Below are positions 38,216 to 48,740 of a stretch of DNA of 64,000 nt, piece by piece. The translations under genes were made by a program, and so were the position numbers. Position 1 is the stretch's first letter, and each line of letters begins with the position of its first letter. This DNA is from Antedon mediterranea. Its lineage: Eukaryota > Animalia > Echinodermata. The DNA is taken from assembly GCF_964355755.1 (NCBI RefSeq), contig NC_092680.1, positions 18,919,045 through 18,983,044 of the forward strand, read 5' to 3'. Below the pieces are notes generated by a model. That model saw only the letters and a list, made by a program, of their open reading frames with translations. It was not told the origin of the DNA and ran no database searches.

Positions 38216-41200
38216 CTGAAAAGAAAATGTGAAACAAAAAATGAAAAACTGAAAGTAGCTAATAAAGTATTCATTGAAGTATAGATTACATTAAAAAGAG
38301 GTGAACAAACTCTATTAATGTCCTTGTTTTTATGTAGAATGAAAACTCTAGCATTCTCATCAACGAAGACCAAATGTTTGTTACTGCACTAATATTATAT
38401 ATGCCATAAATGCATGCAACTTTTTTAATGTAGTAATACATATAATAGTATAATCATGGACCTATAAAATTATAGGTATGGTATATGTAAATAACTTTTA
38501 AGATAAATGCCATTTTGTAACTGTAGCGGCGCTATACAGTATTTGGTTTGGCGCGTCAGTAGCAGAAGAGGTACGAATGAGATGCATCCTTCGTCGCTGC
38601 TACTCAATCTTATGCATCAAAAAGCTTGTTTTTGGGTATGTTTTATCTTTAATTTGTTAGTATTAGTTTAAGTAATTGTTTGAGATCATTAATTGCCAGA
38701 CTACAGCATGTTTGATGGTAAATTAACGTAGTTGTCTTAGTTGGAAAGTTAGACATTCATCTAACACGATGTGTGTGTTCTCATGCTTCGAGCATGTTCG
38801 AGCATCTTAAGGTCAAGTGACGAAGATAGATCACTTTACGGTCACGTGTCAAAACAGTAGATTCCAAGATGGCTGCGCCCATCGGAACTAATACATTTTT
38901 TATATTATTGCTTGTGATATTGATAATTGATTATAAACCTTCATTATTTCGATTTAATAACTATTGATTTATTGAAAGAAAGTCATTAATTGATTGTTAT
39001 ATGTTATTGATATTTGTTTTACAGTCAACTTGTAACTTAACGATTACTGAATTGAAGGCTTGTGGTTTATGAGTTTGCGCCATAATTCATGTAAGGTTTG
39101 AACATTATTGGATTAACTCATATGTAGTATTTAATTAAAACCATCTATTTGATCATTTGTTAGACATACTGTATAACATTGTTCATAGAACCACGTTCTG
39201 CTTAGTTATTCAAATTGTTTGTTTATTTGAGACTTGTTAAACGATATTAAGTGATTATTATTTGTATTTTTCTAGTCACCAGACTATTTTCAGAGTCAGA
39301 GAATAAAAGTACTGAAATTTACATAGTTTGCGTTGTTGTGTTGGTGCCCTCATTGTTCGTAAACTACATCAAGCCCAGATATTCTACAGTATATTATATT
39401 GAGCCTCACATAGGCATATAATAAAGAGATGAAAAACAATAGTTATGATCTCAATTCGCTTTATCAAAAGGCAAAAAATTAAACTGTTGGTACATGCTTT
39501 GCCTCACATAGGCATAATAAAGAAATGAAAAACTATAGTTATTCATTTCACACACATGGTTTGCAAAACAGGAGATACATACCTGGGCCTGGGTCAGCTG
39601 AGTTCTTAACAGTGTCACCTGTCCATCGACTGGTGTTAGATACAAACATTGAGCTGGACATGTAGTGCTTCTCTTCGCCATTGTAGTTAACAAGCTGGTA
39701 GCTACCAGGGCCTGGGTCTGGAAGTGGGGGTGGTAGGGGCATGGCTGGAGCTGAGATACATAGGTAGTGTTTCCGCCTATGAAAAGAAAAATGCAATTTA
39801 CTGATCTAGTATATGGGGCTTATTACAGAACTTTCGGTTGATCGACGGTATACCACACATTGTATTAAGCTCTGTCTACACTGTCAAGCTAGTTCGACCA
39901 AAAAAGTGTGATGTACCCAAATACGGTAGTGATATGCCCAAATATGGTAGTGATATGACATCATCATGTCCATATATGGGCACATCACATTCTTTTGTCA
40001 CATACACTTTGATAGTGTAGACAGAGCTGTAGGCTTGGAGCATTTAAGTATTGATCTGGGGTTAAGAATGGAGAATAGTATAATGGTCAAATATTAAAAT
40101 ATGGTTTTGAGGAATAAACACAATAGTGTTTCATTTAAAACAAAGCCAAGAATAAAACAAAAAGAGGCTAAAACAAGTTAGCCTTTGTTAATTATGTTGT
40201 TAGATTCTTTTGTATATCAAATCATATTCTTGTAACTTACGGCAGCAGTGTTTTATTGGCTGGTTCCGGTTCTTCATGAGGTTTGTAATGGCCTGGACCT
40301 GGGTTCTAACAGAGAAAAGAAGTGTATTTATATGTACATATTATTTGAAGGTGATTATAGTAAAATGTCTCCCCTAGTAGGAAGGAAATAAGATTGGGAA
40401 AAACTTCCTTTTCATTCATTCATACACATTTATTCAGTTTTTTGACAATAATAACTGCAGGGCCTGTCCTAGAAGCAATACACTGTCTCACGAGAGCTCC
40501 TACAATACAAATATGCAAAATACATAAAAAGAAATACTGTATAAAACAATAAAATAAGTCAAAAAAGAAAGATAAAATATTGAGCATAACAAAAGTTTAA
40601 GTTGTTGAAATGGCTAATAGGTAATGTTTTACAGATTTTTTTAAAGTAATTATACAGATTTTATTTTAACAGGGAGATCGTTCCATAATTTACTACTGTA
40701 GATTGGTTGTATAGAGAAAGTCTTCATTTCTCTTCTGGTAGTAGGCAAAGGAAATTGTGAAAACGTCATAAAATCACTTACCAGATTCGTTGTATTGTTC
40801 ATTGTTCGTTCAGTCGTTGATTTGAAGCAGCTATTAGGAACACGCACTGAATCGTGCAGTAAACTATCACTTACATTATACTGATCTGTATAAAGAATAC
40901 GGTAATATATTAATATGCATTGTATAGTGAATTTCATTCTTTTTGTTAACACGCCTTGAGCACTCTTGAGTGGGATGTGTGCTATATAAATCTATATTAT
41001 TATTATTATGTCATATGATATAAATATGGAATAAATTTTTAAAAAATGCTCACTATGTGCTTTTCTGAAAGAATACTAATAATATATAAAGTAATGGGTC
41101 AGTGGCTGAGGTATTAGATTCCTGAGAGCAGACTGGCCTGGAGTAGGCATAAAGCCTCAGTGAGGTGCAGATGACGACCCTACAAAAAGGATCCTATTAA

Positions 41201-43675
41201 TATACCTTTCTCAACTTGTTTATGTTAATGTTTTATACCAAGTAAAATATTTCATCACTGATTTAATTGTAAAACATACTTGGGCCTGGGTAGTTCCCAG
41301 GTGGTCTGTGATAATCAACTCTTTTTGATGTCGACCTAAATGATGCCTGCACTTGGCTTCCATAGTGTTTTTTGGTGCTATGACCCGAGATCTGAAAAAT
41401 ATGAAAATAACAATCATTTCAGGTACTTAATGGATATCTGGACTTCAAATGTACAGTAGGCCTATTCAGTACAATATTAGGTCACAGTTGAGCTAATACC
41501 CGACTAATTAAAAATGATATTGAATATTCTTATGTGTAAATGTCAGTAACCAATGACCTGTATTTTGTTTTACCACTGACCAATGAATGTCAATCTTTTA
41601 CTGTAATTTAAACCCATCTCCAAACAATTATTAGTTATTAGGAAGCTTTTGATTTGCGACGACTAAAGCTCTATCTACACTATCAACCTTTATGTGACAA
41701 CAAAAATGTGATGTGCCCATATATAGACTATTATATCTGGTCATATCACTACAATATTTGGGCACATCAAACTAGTTAATGTAGAGAGAGCTTTAGAATT
41801 CACCAAAAATATGTTAGTAGTGCATTGAAATTAACGTCAACTCACATCATATTTATTAGGTGCAGGACCGCTAGATGCTTTATTTTCTGCAATGACTGCA
41901 ATTGGTTTCTGGAAGCTGCTTGTGTTTGTAGTTTTGTTAAAATCGTTCCTGGTGGAGAGGAGACTAGGCAAGTGGTAGGCAGCCGATCCCGGCCCTGGTG
42001 TGCCTTTATTCCGAACATTACGGCGTGTCTGAAAAAAGGCAAAAAAAAAAAAAGATTTAGTTAAAAAGGATAATTGGGTAAATATTTCCAGAAGACACTC
42101 TTTTTAATTATCTGATAATCTAAAATTAAAAGGAACATTAAAAATGATATGATGGGTGGAGTTGTAGCTTGGTGGTTAAGATGCTCGGCTATTGATTCAT
42201 TGTTTCAAATCCTGTCAGATGTCAGTACTTTTTTCTCAAAACAAAACAAGTCATCCACTCTCTCAAAGATTTGTTTACGTGGAGAATCTTGTATGTATAT
42301 TTGTCTTTTTAACAGATTGTCACTTATATCCAGACAGTGAAAAAATTGATGAATAAAATTTTAAAACGCACATGCTGGAAATTATGTATTATATTACATG
42401 TTTTACTTAATATTACCTTTGACACAAATCCAACTCCATAACCTTTTTTAGAATATGAGGATTTGTCAGATGTGGCACGACCATGGCTGACATAAGAACC
42501 TGGACCAGGGTTTTCATTCTAAGAAAGAGAATGCAAAAAGAATTAAAAGCAATTCAGATAATTTATTGTCCAATGGGAATTACATACTCATTTCCTAAAG
42601 CTCTGTCTACACTATCAAACTAGTTTGACAAAAAAAGTGTGCCCAAATATGGTAATGATATGCTCAAATATGGTAGTGATATGACATCATCATTCCCATA
42701 TATGGGCACATCACATTTTTTTGTCACATAAAGTTTGATAGTGTAGACAGAGCTGAATTTCATGTCATGCAGTTTCTCTTTGAACCTTGTTATTGGCTAT
42801 CTGGAAGATACTTACTACATCTTTTTCATGGCTGAACCTCTTAGACTGTGACCCAAAGCCTTTTTTGTCGTTGTTTGGTACGACAATCGTCTGATATTTA
42901 CTTGGAATTGAAGAAGTAGCAGCACTGATTCCTGAACCTAAATAATAGATTTATAGTTGGTATAATTATTAATAATAAAGGCCTAGGCCCTAAGCAATAT
43001 AATTTAATTGTGAAGTAATATAATACATTCTCAAAGCATAGTGTACAAAAAATATATTAATATTTATAATATATTTAGGCCTAGGCCTATTAGTTTTCAA
43101 ATCTCCTTGATGATGATGTTGTGTACAGCATGGTATGCCAGCCTTAGTTAGCCTACTAATAATATAGTAGTACTAGGCCTAGCCTAGAGTAGGCTAGGGC
43201 TAGTAAGTAGTAGTATAATTATATAGGCGGCCTAGGCCTACTATACTTGCTTAATGTTATTGATTGGGTCGGTTGACAAGCTAAATATATTACATAAAAT
43301 TTCTTTTTGAACAACCAAAAATAGTATAAGCGAACTGGCGTTTCCAATAATTATAAATATAGCTTATATGACCCTTCCTGTCTTCTTGTAACCAAAACTA
43401 TCATAATATAGATGCTATACTCTAGGCCTAGAGGACTTAATAATAAATAAGGCCCTGCCTTGATTTGCATAGGCCTACTAGGCCTAGCCTAGTACTACTA
43501 CGCCTAGGCCTAGGTAGGGCCTACTAGGCTAGGACGCCCTAGTCTAGGTAGGGCCTATAATATTCAAATCAGATGGATGGATGGGCACTTGCTTACCTTT
43601 ATGAATCCTCCCAGATTGTATATGACCTGAAAGTCTTCGATAGTTTGGATCCAAAACTTGGACACTGTCTGCCAT
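38139..43675 (-). CDS. STPG1: STPG1 / O(6)-methylguanine-induced apoptosis 2 (MAPO2) orthologue, SHIPPO (PGPGxY) repeat ciliary/sperm-tail protein, 9 coding exons, 345 aa
   Basis: Exons 43675-43597, 42937-42816, 42518-42417, 42028-41846, 41391-41280, 40885-40782, 40305-40241, 39776-39583 and 38215-38139 all have GT/AG ends and join in frame (1038 nt). The translation has SSIPSKYQ...KKGFGSQSKRF, NPGPGSY, PAPNKY, SCFKS, PGPGHY, PLPPPLPDPGPGSY, FVSNTSRW and ATYRP...QSFLYNAQKKWVFP*, collinear with human STPG1 as recalled (KKGFNSQAKRF, FVSNTSRW, QSFLYNEDKKW). Confidence 0.93.
38522..39388 (+). mobile_element. Probable solo LTR (BEL/Pao-like) in the last STPG1 intron
   Basis: Begins TGTAG and ends CTACA. 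Contains promoter-like caagatggctgc, an internal gtaagg...ttttctag intron-like segment and gagAATAAAag ~85 bp before the end. The TSD is imperfect (gtaac/gtata). Confidence 0.5.
39583..39776 (-). CDS. STPG1: STPG1 coding exon 8
   Basis: ttttcatag| acceptor, |gtatgt donor; encodes RKHYLCISAPAMPLPPPLPDPGPGSYQLVNY...FVSNTSRWTG...DPGP. Confidence 0.92.
39868..40028. mobile_element. MITE family A copy in STPG1 intron 7
   Basis: TIRs agctctgtctacact / agtgtagacagagct, internal repeats. Confidence 0.85.
40241..40305 (-). CDS. STPG1: STPG1 coding exon 7
   Basis: ctgttag| acceptor, |gtaagt donor; encodes NPGPGHYKPHEEPEPANKTLL. Confidence 0.9.
40412..40765 (-). mobile_element. L2/Crack-like LINE 3' fragment in STPG1 intron 6
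   Basis: LPTTRREMKTFSI...SSKLWNDLPVKIKS motif, 3' UTR, aataaa and (tgaa)n tail on the minus strand. Confidence 0.65.
40782..40885 (-). CDS. STPG1: STPG1 coding exon 6
   Basis: tatacag| acceptor, |gtaagt donor; encodes QYNVSDSLLHDSVRVPNSCFKSTTERTMNNTTNL. Confidence 0.9.
41280..41391 (-). CDS. STPG1: STPG1 coding exon 5
   Basis: ttttcag| acceptor, |gtatgt donor; encodes ISGHSTKKHYGSQVQASFRSTSKRVDYHRPPGNYPGP. Confidence 0.9.
41667..41792. mobile_element. MITE family A degenerate copy in STPG1 intron 4
   Basis: Degenerate TIRs and internal motif. Confidence 0.72.
41846..42028 (-). CDS. STPG1: STPG1 coding exon 4
   Basis: ttttcag| acceptor, |gtgagt donor; encodes TRRNVRNKGTPGPGSAAYHLPSLL...SSFQKPIAV...GPAPNKYD. 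Confidence 0.9.
42150..42350 (+). mobile_element. Degenerate tRNA-derived SINE in STPG1 intron 3
   Basis: A-box-like TAGCTTGGTGG and B-box-like GTTTCAAATCC at tRNA spacing. Confidence 0.45.
42417..42518 (-). CDS. STPG1: STPG1 coding exon 3
   Basis: ttcttag| acceptor, |gtaata donor; encodes NENPGPGSYVSHGRATSDKSSYSKKGYGVGFVSK. Confidence 0.9.
42599..42754. mobile_element. MITE family A copy in STPG1 intron 2
   Basis: 23-bp TIRs, internal repeats. Confidence 0.87.
42816..42937 (-). CDS. STPG1: STPG1 coding exon 2
   Basis: tttag| acceptor, |gtaagt donor; encodes SGISAATSSIPSKYQTIVVPNNDKKGFGSQSKRFSHEKDV. Confidence 0.9.
43597..43675 (-). CDS. STPG1: STPG1 coding exon 1 (MADSVQVLDPNYRRLSGHIQSGRIHK)
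   Basis: ATG at 43675; donor AAAG|GTAAGC; phase 1 matches the next exon. Confidence 0.8.
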
Positions 43676-44031
43676 CACAAAAACTGTTAAGTCTATATGC
43701 TTAGGCCTACCACTCTTCCTGCTCAGTGCTGGACCGTCACGACCTTCAACAAAGTCTCTTGCCTCACACAACAAGCTGGCCTTTTTCGTAAGGCTAGCCT
43801 AGACTAGGCCTAGGCCTGGGTAGGCCGGATAGATGGAGCTTTATTTATACGCTTTCTCTAAAGTAAAGGAATCGTACCATAACTTGAGGGAATAAACAAT
43901 TGGGTTAATCAATTATCTGATTTACAACCTTTTAACCACATTATTAATTCTCAAAACAACCCATTTACCACGCTACAATCAATCAGGAAATTCTTCTCGC
44001 GATCGAAAACCACATCAAAATAATAATACAC

Positions 44032-44046
44032 GTTTCCATAGGCAAC
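44032..44046. promoter_or_regulatory. RFX X-box in the STPG1 promoter region
   Basis: GTTTCC-ATA-GGCAAC fits the X-box pattern GTYNCC(N0-3)RGYAAC, ~360 bp upstream of the ATG of a ciliary-type gene. Confidence 0.7.
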
Positions 44047-45026
44047 ATAATTATGTTGATATTATACAGCGCCCTCATCGATGTAAATTGTTAACATTTT
44101 CCAAAACTTTAAAAATTAATTTGTCTGTGAATAGCAAAGAGCATGTCTGGTTCTTCTGTGGATAGTAATGTCCTCTCTCTTATCATCGGCGCAACAGGTC
44201 CTCACTTCGGTGCGTTAACAAACATTTAAAAGAATTTAAAAACAACAATTCACACATTTTTAAACATTTAAATGGTTCGCCTATGGGCTCTATTTTTATT
44301 GACCAAACAGAAAAAGGGTTTTAAACCCGTATTTTTGGAAGAACGGTATATTTTTAAACCGGTTTCCGAGAAATTCTACTCTGTGGAGTCCAACCACGAA
44401 CTATCACTAAATGGGCCGATTTTAGTTTGAGTCAAAATTAGGCTGCAACATGATTGTTGTTATAACAAATCACTTGGGTCAACCGGCTCAGCTACAGTGA
44501 TTAAGTTCACTTAGGTTGACCCTGGTCTCCCCAATTTCAGCTGTTTTTGTCATGTATATATTGAAATAGACCGAATAAATAATGAAATGAAGTGAAAATC
44601 GCAATAAACTGTTTAATTTTCTTTCAATAAAAATCGAAAATAGAATTGTTCAAAATTCTGATTTTCTAAAAACAATTTCCAATATAGAGGCACTCTGTAT
44701 AACAAAGATTATCACACCAATCTAACTTTACAATTGATTGTAACCTTATTTTTGTTTACTCAGTTTTATCACATTATTTTTTTTCGGATTAAAATTCATT
44801 GTTTATAAACTACCAAATAAATATTTTATGTTAGCATAAAAATCTTCTTTTTTTTTTTTCTTAAATCGCCCTTTTTATAAACCATTCTTTTAATAATATA
44901 ATGCATGCATGCATTTAAAATGTAATATTCTATTTAAAATGGATAGCACACTATTTAAAATATGTAGTACATTGTACACTACATGTTTACATTTACATCA
45001 CTAACTACGGTATCTTAAGATCAACA

Positions 45027-45151
45027 TTATTCAAATCCACATAGGTCTATACTCAATGTACCTGCAACAAATAGCGATTGCTTTGGCATAAGCTTAAGTC
45101 TGAGTGTAGGCCCTCCAACTTGCTTTGCTCTGTCGATATTTAGAAGCGCTG
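45027..45151 (-). CDS. IFI44-like GTPase probable last exon
   Basis: cattcttag| acceptor in the right phase; open frame ALLNIDRAKQVGGPTLRLKLMPKQSLFVAGTLSIDLCGFE*. The same frame (KLMPxQS) is kept in the duplicated copy at 48.5-48.7 kb. Confidence 0.55.
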
Positions 45152-46900
45152 CTAAGAATGATTAAATAATAATCAATTTAATCTACACGTGCTATATAAT
45201 ATACATAAAATATTATTTCTTAGTTCAGTTTATTAAAACTAAATGAAAAACTTAGGCCTAACTGCATTCGCTTGTGGTCTGACTGAACGTTAAATACCAG
45301 TACCGATACGATAACGAAAGAAACAGAGTATTCTTGGCTTATATACAGTACGCTTGACAGTTTAATAGTGTTGATACTGTCTATAACTTTCGTGTTGGTT
45401 TGCCAACCCACCTATGTACCCGATTAAAATACGCAACAGCAGTATAAATAATAGTATAAACAATACAAATCTAACAATTCTCAGCTGCATGAAAGCATGC
45501 CAACTTATTTTACTTTCGACTACACCCTTTTGATGTACGTCATACTCTTGTTGGATTTTGTGAATGACTTTACACAAATCGAGGTGTTTTTTCAAATCCA
45601 AATCATCATCAGTTGGACCTTCACCCTCAACGTCAATCAGATAGTTTTCTACAAATAGTGCCAATGACGCACCTTTTAAATAAAAAATAAATATGACCCG
45701 GTTTAATAGGCTCAATGATAAACAGGTTGTTTAATATAAAATCTGTTTAAAAAATTTTAAGTCTCATCATTATTATAATAATTGAGGTAGATGCTATTGA
45801 GGATACTCACCGAAACCAGTGAGTATTGAGTGCATTTCTATCTCTTGCCCTTGTGGTATCTCTTGTTTTGACGTCACGACAATGATAGGGCTACATCCTG
45901 AATTAAGGTATTATGACAAAGAAAAATATTTTATTAACATAAGGCATAGGTTTTATAACTAAAACAATATTATCTGGAGATGATAGAATGGTAGACAATA
46001 TTTTACCTGATGCAGCCTTTATATAGCCTACTACTCTCTCCAAAACTGTGTAATCTGGGTCTTTTGAATTGTGAAAATGTAAAATTTGATCATGATCAGT
46101 TATGCTTACTTTTCTCAAATCATTTTTTGTTTTGCTGAAAATTTATATTGTTATTAATCATGTATCAATATATAATTAGGCCTACCTAACAAGAAGTACA
46201 GGAAAGTCCATTGGTTTAACAGGCACTTCGAAGAAGTTAAACCATTTTTTTCTCGGCTTCCAAGATACATCAGTAACATAATTGCGGTATCCATCTAAAT
46301 ACAAAATGTATCTTTAATATGTCTTTATAAAAACCAAAATTAATAATGTGTTTATAAAAGAAAAAGCAGTAAAGAAGAGTAGTCGAAAATCTCAATAGCC
46401 TTTAATCCAACATGTTGAAAAATATGATATTAATGTTAGCCCTTTAAGAATCGGACCAAAGACATGATGATATTATTTTTAGTATTTCTACTTTTCGAAA
46501 ATTCTAACTTACTACAAATACGGTAGATTTCATCATAGGCATCCCCTGCTCCAGCAGGATATCCTCTTGTATCAACAAACTCCAAATTTCCAATTTTAAC
46601 TATTCTAAGTTGATTTGTATTTCCACCTCCATGGTGTCCTCCCTTGCGAGAAGAAGGCACCTCTTGAACAAACTCATCAGGTAACTCTTTACTTTGAAAT
46701 TTTGAAACCCAAAGTAAGCTATTCAGAAATGAACTTTTACCACATCCGGACTGTCCAAAAACAACAATTCTGGGGGGCACAGAAGAAGAGTGGATTTCAC
46801 CTGGAACAGTGGGTCTCCACATCCTGATGTCAACTGCCATATTCTTTAATTTTGGCTCAAGTGAAAGTTGCGATACAGTGACTTTCTGAAATCTGTCCAT
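45027..46900 (-). CDS. IFI44/IFI44L-like P-loop GTPase without TLDc domain and with a C-terminal hydrophobic helix, 6 coding exons, ~365 aa
   Basis: Exons 46900-46513, 46294-46186, 46134-46007, 45897-45811, 45672-45412 and 45151-45027 join in frame with GT/AG ends (1098 nt). Motifs in IFI44-family order: RIVVFGQSGCGKSSFLNSL (G1), EFVDTRG (G3), PIIVVTSK (G4-like) and LFVENY (cf. IFI44 xxVKNY). A candidate untranslated first exon ends at 47065 and splices to an acceptor at 46931. Confidence 0.8.
45412..45672 (-). CDS. IFI44-like GTPase coding exon 5 (FVENY motif plus hydrophobic helix)
   Basis: tttaaaag| acceptor; encodes ASLALFVENYLID...IVRFVLFILLFILLLRILIGYI. Donor TAG|GTGGGT at 45411; if unspliced the frame stops at 45362. 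Confidence 0.78.
45811..45897 (-). CDS. IFI44-like GTPase coding exon 4
   Basis: aattcag| acceptor, |gtgagt donor; encodes CSPIIVVTSKQEIPQGQEIEMHSILTGF. Confidence 0.8.
46007..46134 (-). CDS. IFI44-like GTPase coding exon 3
   Basis: tttcag| acceptor, |gtaaaa donor; encodes KTKNDLRKVSITDHDQ...LERVVGYIKAAS. Confidence 0.78.
46186..46294 (-). CDS. IFI44-like GTPase coding exon 2
   Basis: gtatttag| acceptor, |gtaggc donor; encodes GYRNYVTDVSWKPRKKWFNFFEVPVKPMDFPVLLV in frame. Confidence 0.78.
46513..46900 (-). CDS. IFI44-like GTPase coding exon 1 (P-loop and DxxG)
   Basis: ATG at 46900; GQSGCGKS and DTRG; donor |gtaagt at 46512. Confidence 0.85.
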
Positions 46901-48401
46901 GGCTACCTAATAGCTTTTATTGAAAAGAGCTCTGAAAAATATACATTACAGTCATAATATTAGAAAAGTAGCACAGACACAAACAAACAACATGTTATGG
47001 TATGAAAAGTTCATTGGCGCGATTGTGATTTTCCTAATCAAAATTAAATATCATCAAAATCTACCTTATTTAGAGTAAGGATTGGAAAGGAATAGGCGAC
47101 CCAGATAAAGACAACAATTCACAGATTTGTTAAACATTCAAATTGTTTCCCAGAGGTAGTGACCCAACCCAATGGCATATTTCTATTGACCAACAGAATA
47201 CGGTTTTTACCGTATTTTGGAAGAATGGTATTTTCTTGCCAACAGATTGTGATTACGCAATACAACACTTTGCGTCAATACGTCTCTGCGTTGCGTTCTA
47301 GTGAGAACCACGCTTATAGGCCTAAAAATGTCATTACCTTCAGGTCTGTAAAATAAAAAAGCAAGTGTTAACAGCCGAATACGAAGTATTTAATCAGTAA
47401 TTCCAGTTAAGTATACGCCCTATAGGCGATTGTTCGCTGTAGCCGATTTCATGGAATTTCCAGAATGACTAAAACGGAACAAGTTACACGACGCAAACTC
47501 TCAGTTGTTCCTTATGACCTTAAATGACCATGATTATTCATGTTTGTCGGGAAGTATGATATTTCCCGATGAAAATAAAAATGTTTTAAAGCGACTATAA
47601 AACTATAATATGATGTTTATGTGTAGCTAAAGTTTCAAAACAACGTCGCAAGTCGTATCAGCGTCAGCGGTAACAAAATTTTCACAGTTCAACTCGTCAG
47701 AATAAAATATAGGCTAAGGGTCAGAGCGATGGCTTCCGAAATTTGTAAAATCGAAATATCATCAAACTCGTAGTTATATTATATCATTAAACGTCAGGTC
47801 GCTTAGGTCCTATTTTTGGCCATTTTGTGCACTTAGAAACCTTCTTTAAAACCTAACTAACAATTTTAGAAGGGGTGCCCAGAAATTCGAACAATTTAAT
47901 GACGTCATTTTGACCACGCCCATTAAGCTATGTAAAAAATATAAAATACATAAATAAGTCAAGTTTGGTATCAAATTATAGCTTATGACATGTACAATAC
48001 CACTAACATGAGAAAAATATAATTTACAATATAATGACGTCATCAAAGCCACACCCATTATATATTACATAACTTCATGGGAAAATTTAATAAATCAAAT
48101 CGGGAAATTACCTATGAATGGATGTACTGGTTGGGAGCAGGAACGCTAGTAGACCAAACCCAGTATCGTTTTGATTACGATCAATCGGGAAATTACCTCA
48201 CGATGATTTTGACTTTGAATTGAAATTGATTGTAACTTTATTGTTGTTTACAATAAACAAGGTTTATCACAATAGTTTTTATTGTCATTATTAAAATTCC
48301 TAGTCTATGAGCTACGCTACCAAATAATAATTTATAATGTTAACATTAGGCCTTATGGTTAGCATCAAAATCGTTCGTCGATATATTTTGATACTCTTGT
48401 C

Positions 48402-48660
48402 AAATCGCCCTTTTTATAAACTATTCTTCTAATAATACATTCATGCATTTAAAATATAATATTCTATTTAAAATGGATAGCAAACTATTTAAAATATGTA
48501 GTACATTACATATGATAGTTACATGTGTACATTTACACCACTATTATAAGATCAACATTAATAAAACTGCCAGTAGGACCAATGCACCGGCCAATACTGA
48601 CTGCCATGGCATAAGCTTAATAGTCTGCTCAAATGTCAAATGTCTAAATTGTTCTGGCTG
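48402..48660 (-). pseudogene. Duplicated last exon plus 3' UTR of the IFI44-like gene (paralogue remnant)
   Basis: 48402-48620 aligns by eye to 44863-45100 (aaatcgccctttttataaac...atttaaaatggatagca...atatgtagtacatt...aagatcaacatta...tggcataagcttaa). The minus frame reads PEQFRHLTFEQTIKLMPWQSVLAGALVLLAVLLMLIL*. No GTPase exons are found upstream; a MITE fragment follows at 48684. Confidence 0.6.
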
Positions 48661-48683
48661 AATCGTTTAAAATTTCTTCTAAA

Positions 48684-48740
48684 ACTCTGTCTATCAAACT
48701 TTATGCGACAAACAAATGTGATGTGCCCACATATGAACAT
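48684..48740. mobile_element. MITE family A fragment
   Basis: ctctgtctatcaaactttatgcgacaaacaaatgtgatgtgcccacatatg matches the left part of family A. Confidence 0.65.
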
